Source: Fimbriosthenelais zetlandica
Lineage: Eukaryota
Direction: 5' to 3'
DNA: 64,000 nucleotides
NCBI GenBank assembly: GCA_977030845.1
Contig: OZ365112.1
Coordinates: 17,670,001-17,734,000 of the forward strand
Shown here: positions 42,136 through 55,637 of the stretch, in pieces
Layout of the letters: each line of letters opens with the position of its first letter
Position numbering within the stretch: the stretch's first letter is position 1
Notes under the pieces: generated by a model
What the model was told of the DNA's origin: nothing
The model's input: the letters and a program-made list of their open reading frames with translations, nothing else
Databases searched by the model: none
Program-made: the position numbers and the translations under genes

Positions 42136-43007
42136 TGACTTCTATTAATATTGAGTAGCGTCAAGAGTTCTTTTTATACAGATGAAATGGAGTCAGATGA
42201 GTGGACATGCTCCAATAAGTCTCAGTCAATATTGGAGTCAGGTTTTATAACTATTGTATAAGGGGTTAAACTACAGCCAAATTGACGGTGGCAGTCTTAG
42301 TCCAATACTGATACTTGTTATTAATGTTTGATAACTCAATGGCCTTCAGTCGTCAACTGTCACAGACCCACTTGGGTACTTTCGCTTTCGATTTTGATGT
42401 TGAAATGGCATTTTTAACTGATTGGATAGACGTCACTCCTCGTGGCTCTCGAGACCAAAAGGGACATTAGTCTGTCAAATGTAACTGAGCGGTCTGTGAT
42501 ACGCTTTTCTGTGATATTAATTCTTTAAACATAAATAGTTTGTAGTATTAATTTATTGACATGTTCACATTTGCAGTATTAAATCTTGATCTATTATTTT
42601 ATGATATATATATTTAGTTACCAACTTCTCTCATTTGTTTTGTGTGGTACAAACCAGTACATCACTTAAGAAAATGTCTTTACGGTAAAATGTTTTACTG
42701 GAAAAAGTGTGTTTTTATCATAGACAGATGACAAATCTGAAAATAAACGGTCACATCATTATACTTATGATTAATCTATATTTTCTCTTGTCCTACAGTT
42801 TCAGCTCTACATGATAACTGATCAAATGAGTGAGTAATACAAATTGTTGCTGTTATCTTGTTACACAGTTCCAGTTTTGTTCTTGTTCCAGTTCATGTTC
42901 ATTTATTTACAGATATTCGTCTGATAATGTATTTATTAAGGTGAATCTTATAGGAGGAAATCCATTCTGATTGGCCGGAAATATTCCTTTATTTCTCAGA
43001 TAAAACT

Positions 43008-44538
43008 TCAGATTTTTGATACAGGATATAGATTCTTGCACAGAGCGCCTTGGGTGACATCCGTCATATATATTGGTGAGCCAATGTAAGGCATGAGAAT
43101 GTGGATGAACTCCTGGCGAAAGATAGTGAGTGGAATGTGACAAACGATGGCCAGTTGTTGGTCCTTTAGACAGCGCTGGTTGACCCAGACTAGATGTTTG
43201 AGGAGATGAGCAGCCGCCATGTTGAGCTGGCCGGGCTGAGCCATCTTGAGATGGAATCTTATCTGTACACCTAGAGGAATACTGCTTATAGAACTGTAAC
43301 TCACACTCTGACACTCTCCATCCCTCTCCCCCCTCACTCTCATTACCACACTGTTACCCGCCATCTTCCTCCGGTTGTGTTCTGTGCTCAAACGCATTGG
43401 GAACCAGCCATACATGCATTCCACATAGCTGTCATCGGTGAGAAACAATGGGTTAGTCTCCCTGAGGAAATCTAGTGCTTTGTCGTAACTGAGTGTCTCT
43501 AGGAAGGACATTTGAATTGCTATATCTCCAGTGTGTCTCCATTTGCTGACCACATCGTTGATATTAAGTGTATATAGCAGGAAGTTCTGCAAATGAAAAT
43601 ATATTTGGTTAATGGCTATATGGAGATAGTAGATAGTTAGGCATTGATGGAGATAATGGAGACTTTTGGAAATTTAATCTATTTTAGGTCCTTGTCTGTA
43701 AAGTAAGTCCTGCCATCATACATACCCATGTCCTCAAGACACTGAATGCGGTCCGCCGTTTCATTGCCTCTTTTATCACCTCCGTTGAATGACTTGTCCA
43801 GATATCATATGTAATCGACGTATATCGTTTTCTAAATATTCGTATCGCCGCTTCATCTATAGTGCGTATGATGCCCTTTCCCTGTTTCAGTTTAAACGGT
43901 ACTTATAGTATGAGAGTCTCGACTTTCTGCTGAATGTTGCATCTCTAAATCATAATGCTGAACGGCTCGTTATATTACCTGGTATTCTGGTTTAACTCTG
44001 CCACCAATGAGGACTGCCGATTTTCCTCCGTCTATGATATATTTTATAGTAAAAGCCACCTGAAAATTGACCTTAATGAATGGCTGCTCAAAATGTTTTG
44101 ATTACACTTGATTTACATTGGGATAGTTTTGATCCTGGAGGTAATTAAACTATAAAGTCTGTTCACTCTAAGTTGATCCGAAACTACAGTACAAACGTGG
44201 ATGTATGGTGGTTTTGGATCAACTTAGAGTGAACAGACTGTAGTATAATTGACATGTAGATCTATATTTGCATAATGATACTACGGAAGGGCATTATTCT
44301 TTATCCTATTTTTTCATTAGTAAAATGTTAGAGGAAATGTTAGAGAAGTTAAATAGTATCTGACAATTTCCCCCTGCAGTTCAGCGACGAAAGCCAGTGT
44401 GTTTTTGTCGTGGAGATAGATATGGTACATGTCCACAAGATAATCACAACCATCGTAGATCTGCTTGTTGATCCTCATAACTGCCTTGTAGTCCTCATGG
44501 CGAGCCAGTCGCACGCAAAACCTGTTTTTATCCTCCAT
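43008..44538 (-). CDS. GNAT acetyltransferase, NAT16/histidine N-acetyltransferase-like, ~329 aa. Exons 44538-44365, 44059-43979, 43881-43726, 43586-43008
   Basis: RLARHEDYKAVMRI...IYDGCDYL..MYH.YL...FVAE..GEI|VAF...IDGG.....RVKPEYQ|GKGI is the N-terminal GNAT pattern of this family. All introns are phase 0. Confidence 0.75.
44155..44240. mobile_element. 86-bp hairpin MITE, same family as 25292-25371, in intron 1 of the GNAT gene
   Basis: 24-bp perfect inverted arms AGTCTGTTCACTCTAAGTTGATCC / GGATCAACTTAGAGTGAACAGACT. TA flanks at 44153-44154 and 44241-44242. Shared loop GAAAC.ACAGTACA..TATGGTGGTT. Confidence 0.85.
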
Positions 44539-45039
44539 TATTATTTCGTTTGTGAGGGGAAAATGCGTAATCTTAATGGTTGGTTGTTGTTTTTCCAGTG
44601 AGCAGTACTGTTTTAAGCTATCTCTTGTTTTAAACCAAACTCAAATATCTATCCTTATAGGCTGTCACAACATTAATATACTCCACTGGAGGTACATGTG
44701 TGATATATTCATGAACTGGAGACCCATACATACAGAGATACACACGTTAATATATATTATGTGCGTCATTTTTATGACGTTTTATTATTATAATTATTCA
44801 ATCTTTTCATTTGAGAGAATATTTATGATATAATATATGTCAAACCGACACAATGTGCCATCATCAAGCTCCTGTTCTAATGTGACTAAGGGATTCTTTT
44901 CTCTAAGTACCTGGCAGTGTATTGTCTATTGTATTACAGTTTATATAGAGGATGCCATTATGGGTTGTGGGTTGTGGTTCCGAACACATAACTGGGTTTT
45001 CTCTGTGGCTTTCTACTTCTGTGATTGGCACAATGTTTT

Positions 45040-48000
45040 CTAGAACGCTGTCTGAAAAGAAAAGACAAAGTAACTAAGTAACAATCTATTAATCATCTGT
45101 CTGTCTAGGGGTATGTGGAGAGTACTCACGGTGGAGCCATCTGTATATATGTAGGGTTATGTATAGAGAGAGTAGCATACTTACCATTGAATCATCTATA
45201 TATGTAGGGGTATATGGAGATATTGTCAGTTTCTTTCTGGCTAGTGGTAGTGTGTTTGGTGCATGATCTGATTCTTGAACCCCATTTTGGAGATTCACAA
45301 AACTTCTACTTCTCCTGGCTGTAGTTGGTGACCATCTTAAATAGAGTGTGGTTCCATCCTCATCGTCCACGGACAGACCCTGTGTGGACCTATCTACCAC
45401 TATCTTATTACTGTTACTGTCCACATTATCAAGAGGAACCTCATTATATCTGTCCATCAGGGACTTGTTATATTTACCATGACCAACTGTTAAATTGCCA
45501 TCATAAATCATTGGTCGCCTCTGCTGGACCATTTGTTTCTGTCCTCTCTTACCCCTTCCATTTTCCATGACGTAAATATCATAGGTCTGTGGGGGGTTCC
45601 ATGTCTTGGATGTCCCTCTGAATGTGCTAAATGGTATATGATGGAAACGTGGAATGGGAGTTTGTTCTTCTATGGGCATATTAATTGTGAAAATTGATCC
45701 ATTCTGTCCTGTTTGGTGCTGGGGAACTGAGGCTCTGCTGATATATGAACGCTTGCTGTCTGTTCTCTGGACCTTCTTGCTATGTCCATTCTTTAGAAGC
45801 CCATTTCTCATGTGGCCAGTGCTGGCCCTCAGGGATGCAGATCGTTTTAAGGTGAAACCGTCGTTGACGTAACCATTTCTCATCTGAGCTTTGCGGCTAT
45901 GCTGCACGTCACTCTGTGATCTAGAGAGAGTCGTGATGCGTTTTTCTGTGACCATACTGGACCGTTTCTGATTCTGCTGTTCTATGATAGCTTCTCTCTT
46001 CCACCTCCTTCTCCTGAAATTAATTATGTAGAAAGTCAAAGTGTTTCCTATTATATCTGGAACTTTTTTTGTGACTTGAATATATAGTTTTTTCTTCAGC
46101 ACCTATGTTCAGTTTCAACATGTGAAATTAGTATAATATACAGAGAACAAAAGGGAGAAGGTATTGTCTCTAGGCTGATCAATGGGTTTGTCATGAGTAG
46201 TTAGCAGTTATAGAAGGACAATAATGTTTGTGGCCCACAGGCTATTTAAGTTGTTCCAATGCTTTGAGCAAAAATAATTAGTTTTGTATTTTCCGTTGTC
46301 CAAACCTTCCCGGATGGATGCCTTAGGTTATTAACTCTTAAAAGAATTGAATTGTGATTCTTGAGAGAGTATTCCTAGATTCATTTTAAAAAGTTATTCT
46401 TTGGAAAGTTAAAATAGAAGCAATACTCACCAATACCAGCAGCAGGCTAGTACCACCATAGTCAGAATAACCAAAAGAAATATGGTACCTAGGACAATCA
46501 GCACCAGTCCAGCTGGAGGAAATCAATAGTAAATTATTGAAATATTTTGTAAATATATATATTATAAGTCCAAGCTTAAGGTTATGGCCATTAAAAAGAC
46601 AATTATGGACGTCCAGGAGTTGTAAATGAATTATCTATTACCCCCAAGGACATAGATAACTGGTCCGAACAACTATTTGCTTTGAAGAAGTTTTTTTCCT
46701 TGTTTTTGTTTTCTCCTATTCTTATTTTCAAAGCGCCTAGAGGTCTACCCTAAAGCAGGTTTCCTGGTCGTTTGCTTGCTTTCCCCTCAAATCAATAGAG
46801 GGGAAGAAAACATGCCAAAAATCCAAAATAAGCCTACAGCAACATTTCTATGCTTGTCATGAAGTGAAGACATATGGGGAAGCAAGCAGTGGTGAATGGG
46901 ATTTGACATTCAGATGACATTTTGTATATCTGACACCGGGCCACTCTGTATACCTTTTCATTTTTTCCATTGCCCAAAGTAAATTTCCCCCACTTGGATC
47001 AGGGTCCAGTGGTTTTGCTTTACTGATGTTCTAGATGTACAATCCTATACTATATACACGTACATGATATATTCCTCTTAGTTCTGTTGCTGCCAGAAAA
47101 TTCAATCAAGCGTTAATGAGTGTGGAACTTCCAGCTATATTTTAACAGTCTGCTACTTAAATTCTTTCAAAATATTTTTGAAATTTCCCAAAATATATTA
47201 AAGTACCGGTAGCCGGTAGGTAAGTAATAACAGAATGTACTATTAATGTATAACACAATTATGGTGTTTATCCTATCACCTGTTGATAAGCTGCTTTCCG
47301 CCATCTTGAGGTTTTGGCACCATGACAATGTAAGCTTCTCGCTGCTCTCTATAGGGACTCACCGTTCCAATTTCATGCTCTATCCCTCTTCCCTCAGCTG
47401 GTCCTTTATTAATGGAAACAGGGTTAGGATTATGCTTTCACTGGTTTACAAGGACCTGTTAAGTTTTGTTAGCAGTGTATTATCTATATATGCAATGTAG
47501 AGATGCAAAGTCAATAGAAATTGTTTTTCCCCAAACAATTCAGAAAATGAAAAATACTGAGTATGTATTGCTGACAAGTTTATTAATATCTCAAGGAAAC
47601 CTCTGTAGAATTAATCCAAAATTAATCTGAGCCTCTAATACAATGTCCTTGAATCGAATTATAATGAATATTTTATCCTAATGGGAAGAATCACTCACCT
47701 GGACGAGCTAAGAGGCTGAGAGCGGTATTCCTGACAAGACAATACTTAATGGGCTCAAATTAATGCCTTCATCGAAACAAAGCAGCAATCCATTGGGATA
47801 GTGATATTTCATTTAGATACAAGGATTCAGCAGTCCCCTTGGATGGAATCGAATCCTTTCCCACAGTGACAATCCATCCAGCTCAGAGATTCCCCACGTG
47901 TATTTGTGGTCTGGTGACTTCACAAACAGAGTCCCAGACCTCGTACATATAGGGATCAAGTTCTTCACCAGTAGACTTGGTTTAGCTCCCATGTACCCCT

Positions 48001-48509
48001 CCATTATCCCACACAATATGATAAATGATGGATAAATAATGTTCATCCTATCATTCAGAGCATTCTTCACCTTACGTCTTTTAGGTCTATATTGATATTT
48101 TGCAAATGTGGGGGATCATACATATTTTTTGTGGGGATTTCATATTTCTTAATACTTCCTCGTTCTTTTCTAAATATAAAATAATAATTGTAACATATAT
48201 TTCATAAAGAGAAATTTCGGTGGAAGCAGTGTACTTGGCAAGTCTCATTTACCTTTCTTCTTGCGGAGACGTGGACAGTTGTGAAAATATTGTGTTCTCT
48301 GAGTTCAAAGATTTTGCTTGCCAAAGAAAACCTACCATCCATGACGACATTAAGTCAGAGAATTCTACCTGGAAGCATGTGTGATGCGCCAGCCGAGTTC
48401 TACACACCCGAGGCACCGCACACATTGTTAATGACGATGTGTGGGGGTGGGGATGAAACATGGCTAATGATAGGGATATCAATATTTTAGTGGGAATGAA
48501 GTATACCAT
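45040..48509 (-). CDS. Uncharacterised single-pass membrane protein, ~403 aa. Exons 48509-48253 (tentative), 47730-47699, 46512-46431, 46013-45185, 45051-45040
   Basis: TM segment GLVLIVLGTIFLLVILTMVVLACCWYW then RRRWKR; 829-nt open cytoplasmic exon; phases 2/1/2/0 join in frame; ends ...DDSM|TAF*. The 5' exons are uncertain. Confidence 0.6.
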
Positions 48510-49791
48510 GAATTAGAAGATACATACATGCAGAGGATGTTGGGTGGGGTGGAGAACATCAGACGACTTATAATTATAAGCTGCTTCCGAATACATGAAA
48601 AATATGACTAAAACATCTTATGTATTATTTATTATTATGCTAGGTGTGTGGCATATTTAATCATATGTTAGGTAAGATATGGCGTATAAATGCTTAGGAA
48701 CTTATGTACTTGGTTGCTCCGTCTGTTGGATCTCGTGTATACTGTACCTTGTTAGCTTGTACAGACTTACTATTCCTCGTGCCAGAGGACAGCACCTGGC
48801 AACTGTCCTACCTGTGCCTCAGGTTTATCGTGAATCTGTTGATTTTCAAAACATATTTTAGTGTAAAATCTCATTATCTATAGTTAAATTATGCATACAC
48901 TTGCGTGTGAAAAGTTCTGCATATTTTCTCAATACTTTTATAATGTGAACCCTTCTGTAAATGATAGATGAATATCATTGAAGTCTAATGGGTCACTTAT
49001 CAATTGAAATGTAGAGATGGCACCCATCCAAAAAAACTCCAGATACCTGCATCATTAAGTTCATTAAGCTGTTGGTAGCTTGGCTGTTGTTGCAGACTAA
49101 TGCTGCCATGAATTTAATGCACGTGGCGAATTTTATCGATTGATTATGAACACTGAATAACGGAGCAGTATTGTCATCGATCTTTATTCACATTCCCAGC
49201 CCGCAAGCAGGCATGAAAACACATGGAAACAATTTATAGCTTAATACTGATGCTAACAAAACTCCCATATCGAAATTCAAACCATTGTGAACGGCTTGAC
49301 TTTTAACTGCCTCTCCATATATCACACCCATACACAGGAATGGCCCTCCCGTGTATCACGCAGAAAACCACACACAGTATCAATACCTTCAACTATCATA
49401 TCACCTGAGATACTATTTAAATCTAAAGCACCATTCGGATCGGATTCGTCCCAATTATGTGAATACATACTTCAGTCCCAAAGAATCTATATTCAGATTA
49501 TATTTTTCCTATGAAACTGTTTGCAAAATTAAAGGGAACTAAATATGGCCTTGCAAAACATGTTTACCTTGGATTAAGCTAGGGCCATCAATGCCCCTTT
49601 AAAACATTATAAATGTTAAATAATAATTATAGTACCAAGGTAGATTGCTGAAGCTTTTGTTCTTTCAGCCCATATGAAAACGGGTGTAAATGGAGAGCTT
49701 ATTGACCTTTTTCGTAAGAACTCTTTTTATACTATTTTAGAGATCACTACAGTCCATGATTCTGTGTTTAATCAATCGCTGGTATGGAGGC

Positions 49792-52700
49792 TCAGTTGGC
49801 CTCCCTCTCCCGCAGGCGCTCTAAGGGGGGTTTGCGGTAGGAGATGGGGCCTGCTATGTATCGTCCCGGGGTGTCTGGATCATCAGAGAGGTAGAAGTCA
49901 GCAAATAGCTCCTCTACACGCGGTAGATCCAATGGCTTGATTCCTCCCTAAAACAAATCATTTATATATTTTATAAATATACATCTTGCCGTATATAAAT
50001 CCCGCATAAAAACATCCTCATTATTGTATTTAATCAAATTAATTTCCAAATGATTACAATGCAGAATATATTTGTCATTATTGGATGTATACTGCTTGTG
50101 ATATTTGGATGTCTTTGCATGACATAACCAAAATTTAGATGGCTTGATTTCATAAAAAGATATACTTACTTCTGTCATGTGATGGAAATATCGCTCTAAA
50201 TCCTCGTCAGAAGTATACCTGTAGCCACCAACGTAGTGCCAGAAATCTCTGTATTCTTCAGCATCCACAACGCCATCACCTAGTAAACATAATATATAGG
50301 GTCTATACTGTCATAATGGTTCACTATGTGAAAAATATAGAGATTTTACGTGATATAATTTCAAGCTGGAAATATTGAGGAACATATAGATGGCATATAT
50401 ATACCTTTGCAGTCTAGTAGGGGAAAGATAGCATGGGGCACCATTCTCACCCACTGAGGTAATGAGGTAGGGTCGATCTCTTTCTCTCCACCAACCAACT
50501 CTTCCCACAGTGTTATCCATTCGGCTCTAGAAATTAAATACGTATTTTACAGTTTTTGTTCTGTCAATATATCAAGACCAAATTATGACTGACCTTTTAG
50601 AAAAGGTCCGCACTTTTACATTGTTATTTTAAGCAAAGCTTGATAAAATCAGGAAAATGGTAGGAAGGTTATTTTAAATAATGTCATTTCTTGTAAATAA
50701 TTATATTTCGTTAATCTAGGAATACTGGATCCTGTATGTGCAATGGTCCAACAAATAAATAATGAAACCCTATATACATACATGTATATATATGTATACA
50801 GGCAGCCATGCAGTAAGATAGCATTGGTGGAAGCGGGGAATGATGAGGGATGCATGACTAAACAGAGTTATAACACAGATTTGTGGAACACCAATAGTTG
50901 GAGTCATGCTTGCATCTATAACTACAGCTTATAAAATTAAATAGATGTTAATAATAAACCTCTACAGTTTAACATACTATTGATATGCAATATAAGCTTC
51001 ACAGTGATATAAAATAGTGTACAGTCTGAAAAAGTCATTGGAAATGTGCAATGTTGCTAGTTCAAAGAGGTAGTTCATATTAATTGATTTTCAATCTTTC
51101 AAGTCCGAAGAAGAGATTTTGGTGTTTCTTATCGCATCATGTCCATTTATGTCTCGTGCAATAGCTGGTAAAATGTTATACATATCGGAAAATCTTTTTT
51201 TCTTTATTAATTTTATGTTTGACAACCTCTTAAAACTAGGCATTTTTCTATACATGTGTTTTTCCCAACATAGACCAGTATACTGTGTGTCTGACTGAAA
51301 ATGTAGCATAAAATCATCGATTATACAAAATTATATGATTGATGATATATGGCAGTGGTGTATCTGTGGTATGTAAACAGCCTTCGTATCCAACGCCTCA
51401 GTTAAATCTTAATCCACACAGTCAGTCAAACTTTATATAAAGAGTCACAGTGCACAGTGAATAATAGAAAGTTCAAAGAGAACGTATTGGACGGAAGCAA
51501 ACCTTGACACTCGCTTCCTGTCCCCTGGTCGCCTGTCACATTGGTAAAAAGGGAAACAACAAACCCATTACAGCAATATTATACCCAGTCACGTTCCAAA
51601 TCATACTCAAATTATTTTGCTTCACTCCATCCTATAATTGGCTGCTCTCGTACCTGCATAGTATTTTTTTAAATAAATATTCCCAGAGCCATACATACAG
51701 TAAGGTTCATTGCACCTGTTCTTCTAATTTAATTTACCTGAGCCACATGCATGGATTCATTTAATCTAGATGTCTTACCTGGAAACGAAGCCATTCCTGT
51801 TGTGGCTTGCTGGGGAGAGAATGAAGAATAGATAATCCTCAAGTCCAGCTTTGTAGGTGTCCTTCACAGCTTTCCCGTGTACCCTCTCCATATACCGCCT
51901 CGCCCGCTTTATAATAAAAAATAATGTGTATCTCATTAACATATTTTACCCGAAAATATAATTATAACGAATTATCATTTAATACATGTAGCTATGAATC
52001 AATCAGGTCCTAAAATTTGGAAAGATTGTTTTCGAAGGATTTAGATTTGGCACTGCATCCCATTTCAGTATACATTCAATGCAGAAATGGGACATCTATA
52101 GAAATATAAGGGCCTTTCCCATATAGATGTGCATGAATCAAAAAACCTATTTAGAAAAGTTTACAATGTTTAGAAATATATTTCAATGGATACAGTTTAT
52201 ATTGTTAGCTAGAGCTAGGGAAACACATCAAAAAGCTCTGGGCAATTTATACTGTGATACTTTTCATCTTTGTTGACTACTTCGTAACTATCATTAGCTC
52301 ACGTATCACCATCGTGCGGTCTGATTGAAATAACATTGATACCGATTTGAAATTGTCTACGTCTTCTTTGTCGATAAACCCGTCTTTATCCGTATCTGAA
52401 AAGAAAAGTGCAGTGAGCACAAAAGGGGGATTTAAGACAGTGTAATTTTCGGCTCTGTCTCTTGAATCTCTTAGCTATGACCATGTTTCGAGAGAAATAA
52501 ATCTGTAGCCTCAATCTAAGGGTTCTATTCACAGGTAAAAATAGAGAGGTCCTACTAAAGCCTAATTAGCAGGAGTAACACAAATCATTTCCCCTGCAGC
52601 CTCCCACTGGGCAGCGGGAGGGGGCATCCTTATAATTAATTGGGCTTTTGGGATTTGTTGGGGTTTTTTTCTGTCTGTTCTTATTTCTTTTTTAATGAAT

Positions 52701-52911
52701 TCCTTGAAATTACAACCACTAGGTTTGCGTTGAGAGCTGAAGGTTTTAAGTTGATAAAGCATAAATATAAAATGATAAAAATGTTTTTCATTTCACTTAC
52801 CATAAACGTTATCGAAAATTTCGGTTATTTTTCTTAGGCGGTAGTCTGAAAGTTTTCCCGCCGACAAACGGGTAGATATGTACAGTGCTCTTCGAAGACA
52901 TAGCGAGGGTC
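49792..52911 (-). CDS. Calexcitin / sarcoplasmic calcium-binding protein-like EF-hand protein. Exons 52911-52801, 52395-52343, 51906-51779, 50526-50405, 50279-50170, 49947-49792; first exon unresolved
   Basis: LSDYRLRKITEIFDNVY|DTDKDGFIDKED (EF1); GFVSRAEW..LWEE...SLPQW; DCK|GDGVVDAEEY (EF3); EELFADFYLSDDPDTPG. The pattern follows calexcitin. Confidence 0.8.
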
Positions 52912-53769
52912 CTAATGAGCAAATAGTTTGAGAACAAAAAATCCAATATTTAATCAATCAATCAATCATAATTAGCTATGTAATATCGAATTATTTCAGG
53001 GCTGACAATATGGAATTAATTTAATCTATAGGGAAGTGATTACCTAAATGAGAAGAAAAACTAAAAGCAGGTGTTCTGTCTAATTAACCTATCCAGTACA
53101 GAACAAACCACATTTTCCTTGCAATAATGTGAAGGCATAGCCTCGGTATATTTTTACAGCCCCACCGATGTGTACTCTACCTTGATAGACTTGCCAGTAG
53201 AAAATATTTCTTTTTCAATTACATGTATTGCATTTTTCGGAATTTAAACCTTTATACATTTTGTCGGAATAATAGTTTAAAAAAAATAGTTACTCTTAGT
53301 AGTAATAATTATAACAGTTACTGAGGTTCGGTGCAATGGTAGGCCTAAGGTATATTACTAAGATAACGTTAGTGAAGGAGCAGCTCCCCTCAGGTGCTCG
53401 CAAAACTTTGAGCTTCTCAAACTGTAAACAGAGCGGCCGGGATTCACGCTGTAGCGGCATGATATACACACCTTGAGCTACTGCGAGCTGCTCCTTCAAG
53501 GGGAATGGGTGCTGCTGGCACGAGACACTTCTCCCTTACTATATTATCAAATAATATCGAAAACATATTTTTACTCATATATATACCGTACCTACTGCGT
53601 TCCTACAATTCCCTTATTTTGTGATTCCAAATTTAAAATAATTAGAAAAATACTTTTTTCAAATGCGAAAAGGAGCTCAGAAAATATCCTTGCATTCTAA
53701 CATGTTTACACAAGGATGGGTTATAAAACATGCGTTTGTGCTAATTTTTTGTTAGTTTTGGTAGACGTC

Positions 53770-53834
53770 GGGTGTATTTAGCAGTGTATCCTCCTGCTTA
53801 GGGTACATAGGGACACTGCTAAATATATCAACCC
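53770..53834. repeat. Small inverted repeat / hairpin
   Basis: TATTTAGCAGTGT ... ACACTGCTAAATA (13-bp perfect arms, extendable with mismatches). Confidence 0.6.
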
Positions 53835-55637
53835 GGTTAACCCTGGAAAGAGGTTAATGGGAGTTGAATTCTTCAGATGAAATATCCTGGCGTAAACATC
53901 ATTATTTACGAGCAACCAACGCAATTAGAAAAGGTCCACACATTATATTAATAGACTCTGATAGATTTTTATTTACGTGTTATCACTATGCTGAAATGTC
54001 GAATTGAAACTTTGCGCTCTGTCGAAAGTATTATATTAGAATTTAATATTTTACCTCGCCAAATATAAAAAGAAATGGCATTGACTAATACTAATATGTT
54101 GGAGTATTAGGTCTCGGGTCTTGATTAGGGGATACATACAACGCACAGTTAATAATTATGCCAATAATGAGAGGTAAAACTTACTGGTTGTTTTGGTGAA
54201 TGTCCTTGCTCCATGGCGGAGCGCGCCAGTGAGGGCGGAGAGGAACATGTTGTCGTGATCAGCTGTTGAAGGCAACTGAGGAGAGGAGAGAGGAGGGGAG
54301 CTCTATCAGGGTGAGCCCTACACCCTCCAATACCTGCTCGTCTCACTAACAGATCTAGGTCAGCACTGAGTAGCTCACCTATAAATGAGGAGCTCAGGCA
54401 TCACATGGGCCCTGCATGGTCAACTTCTATACTCAGTGTAACCTCCACCCGCCTCCATACTCCAGGCAACTGTTGCCAGGCACCCTCATTGTTTTTGTCA
54501 TATTTATCATCTATCATAGTCTATGTATGTGGTAGACAATGCTGACTGATGCAAACGTCTCCCTGGAAACTAGGATATGATTCAGCTCTAAGTCGTTAAA
54601 GACACCTGTAGCATGCTCTAAATGTACTGGCTGCACCATTAAGAGACCTGTAAATGTGAGTGTTAGTTTTGCCCTATGTCTTTCCTGCAGTTTAAATGTC
54701 ACCTTTCCAATTACTGAAGGTCTTACCCTTCTGCCTTAGGTTTTTTCTTGCCAAGGCTTTGAGAAAAAAGTTTAGTTGCACTTAGGATCGAAATAGATCA
54801 TCTATCTATATAGCCAACCCACCTCCTAGAAATATTAAAATATTAGTATTTCCCATTTATTCTTTGTTATAGAGATAGCAGAAGGTCCCACCAATTGTCC
54901 ATAAGAGCACTCACTACAACTAGTTTTAGTTTTCAAATCGAGGGCCGCTTTATTAGTGTATTCAATTTGTCCTCTTGGAATAACAATTCAACATATTCAC
55001 ATACGTTAATTACAAATATCCAAAAGGCATTTAATGCAAGGCCGGTGTTTATATTATGTACTAGTAACCGCACCTCTCCAGTTGCCAGTTGGAACATAAA
55101 TACTAGGTAGTAAGGAATTCATTAGATACAATGTGTCCTAAAGTAGCTCTTCTATAATATTAACGGCAATAAAAGTTTGGATGAGGGGGGGTGAAGAAAC
55201 ATCCTAGATACTATCATTCAGTATTATTCTGTACATGCTAGAAGGTCTTGTTTGTAGAGGTAAGTGGTTGAAGCATCCATGCATCACTCAACTAGGACTA
55301 CGTACAGAACACTCATATTCTCAGCGTACACAGCTTTTTGCCCACATTTTATTACAACTTATTTTCCATAGATTTCTGTAGCACAGGCCCATTCACTTGG
55401 ATTTGATAATATCTCTCAGGCAAGATGTTTAATTTTTTTCTTTTTTTTTATTAGATTTGTATTTGTATAGTTCTGTTAGAGCTGGTATTCAGGTGTTGTA
55501 TTCGCCGCGGCGCGGGACCTCTATGTGACATGTCTGTCTATAGCATTGACCCCTCCTTATCCTTCCATTCCGGGCGATACTTGACACGTGTACACCTAGC
55601 ATCAGATGATGGAGTGCAGAGAAGTGAATATCAACCT

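Noticed and set aside
47731-48085. 85-aa minus ORF continuing in frame past stop codons
   Set aside because: Two in-frame stops and a poor acceptor. The 32-nt exon 47730-47699 alone restores the membrane-protein frame.
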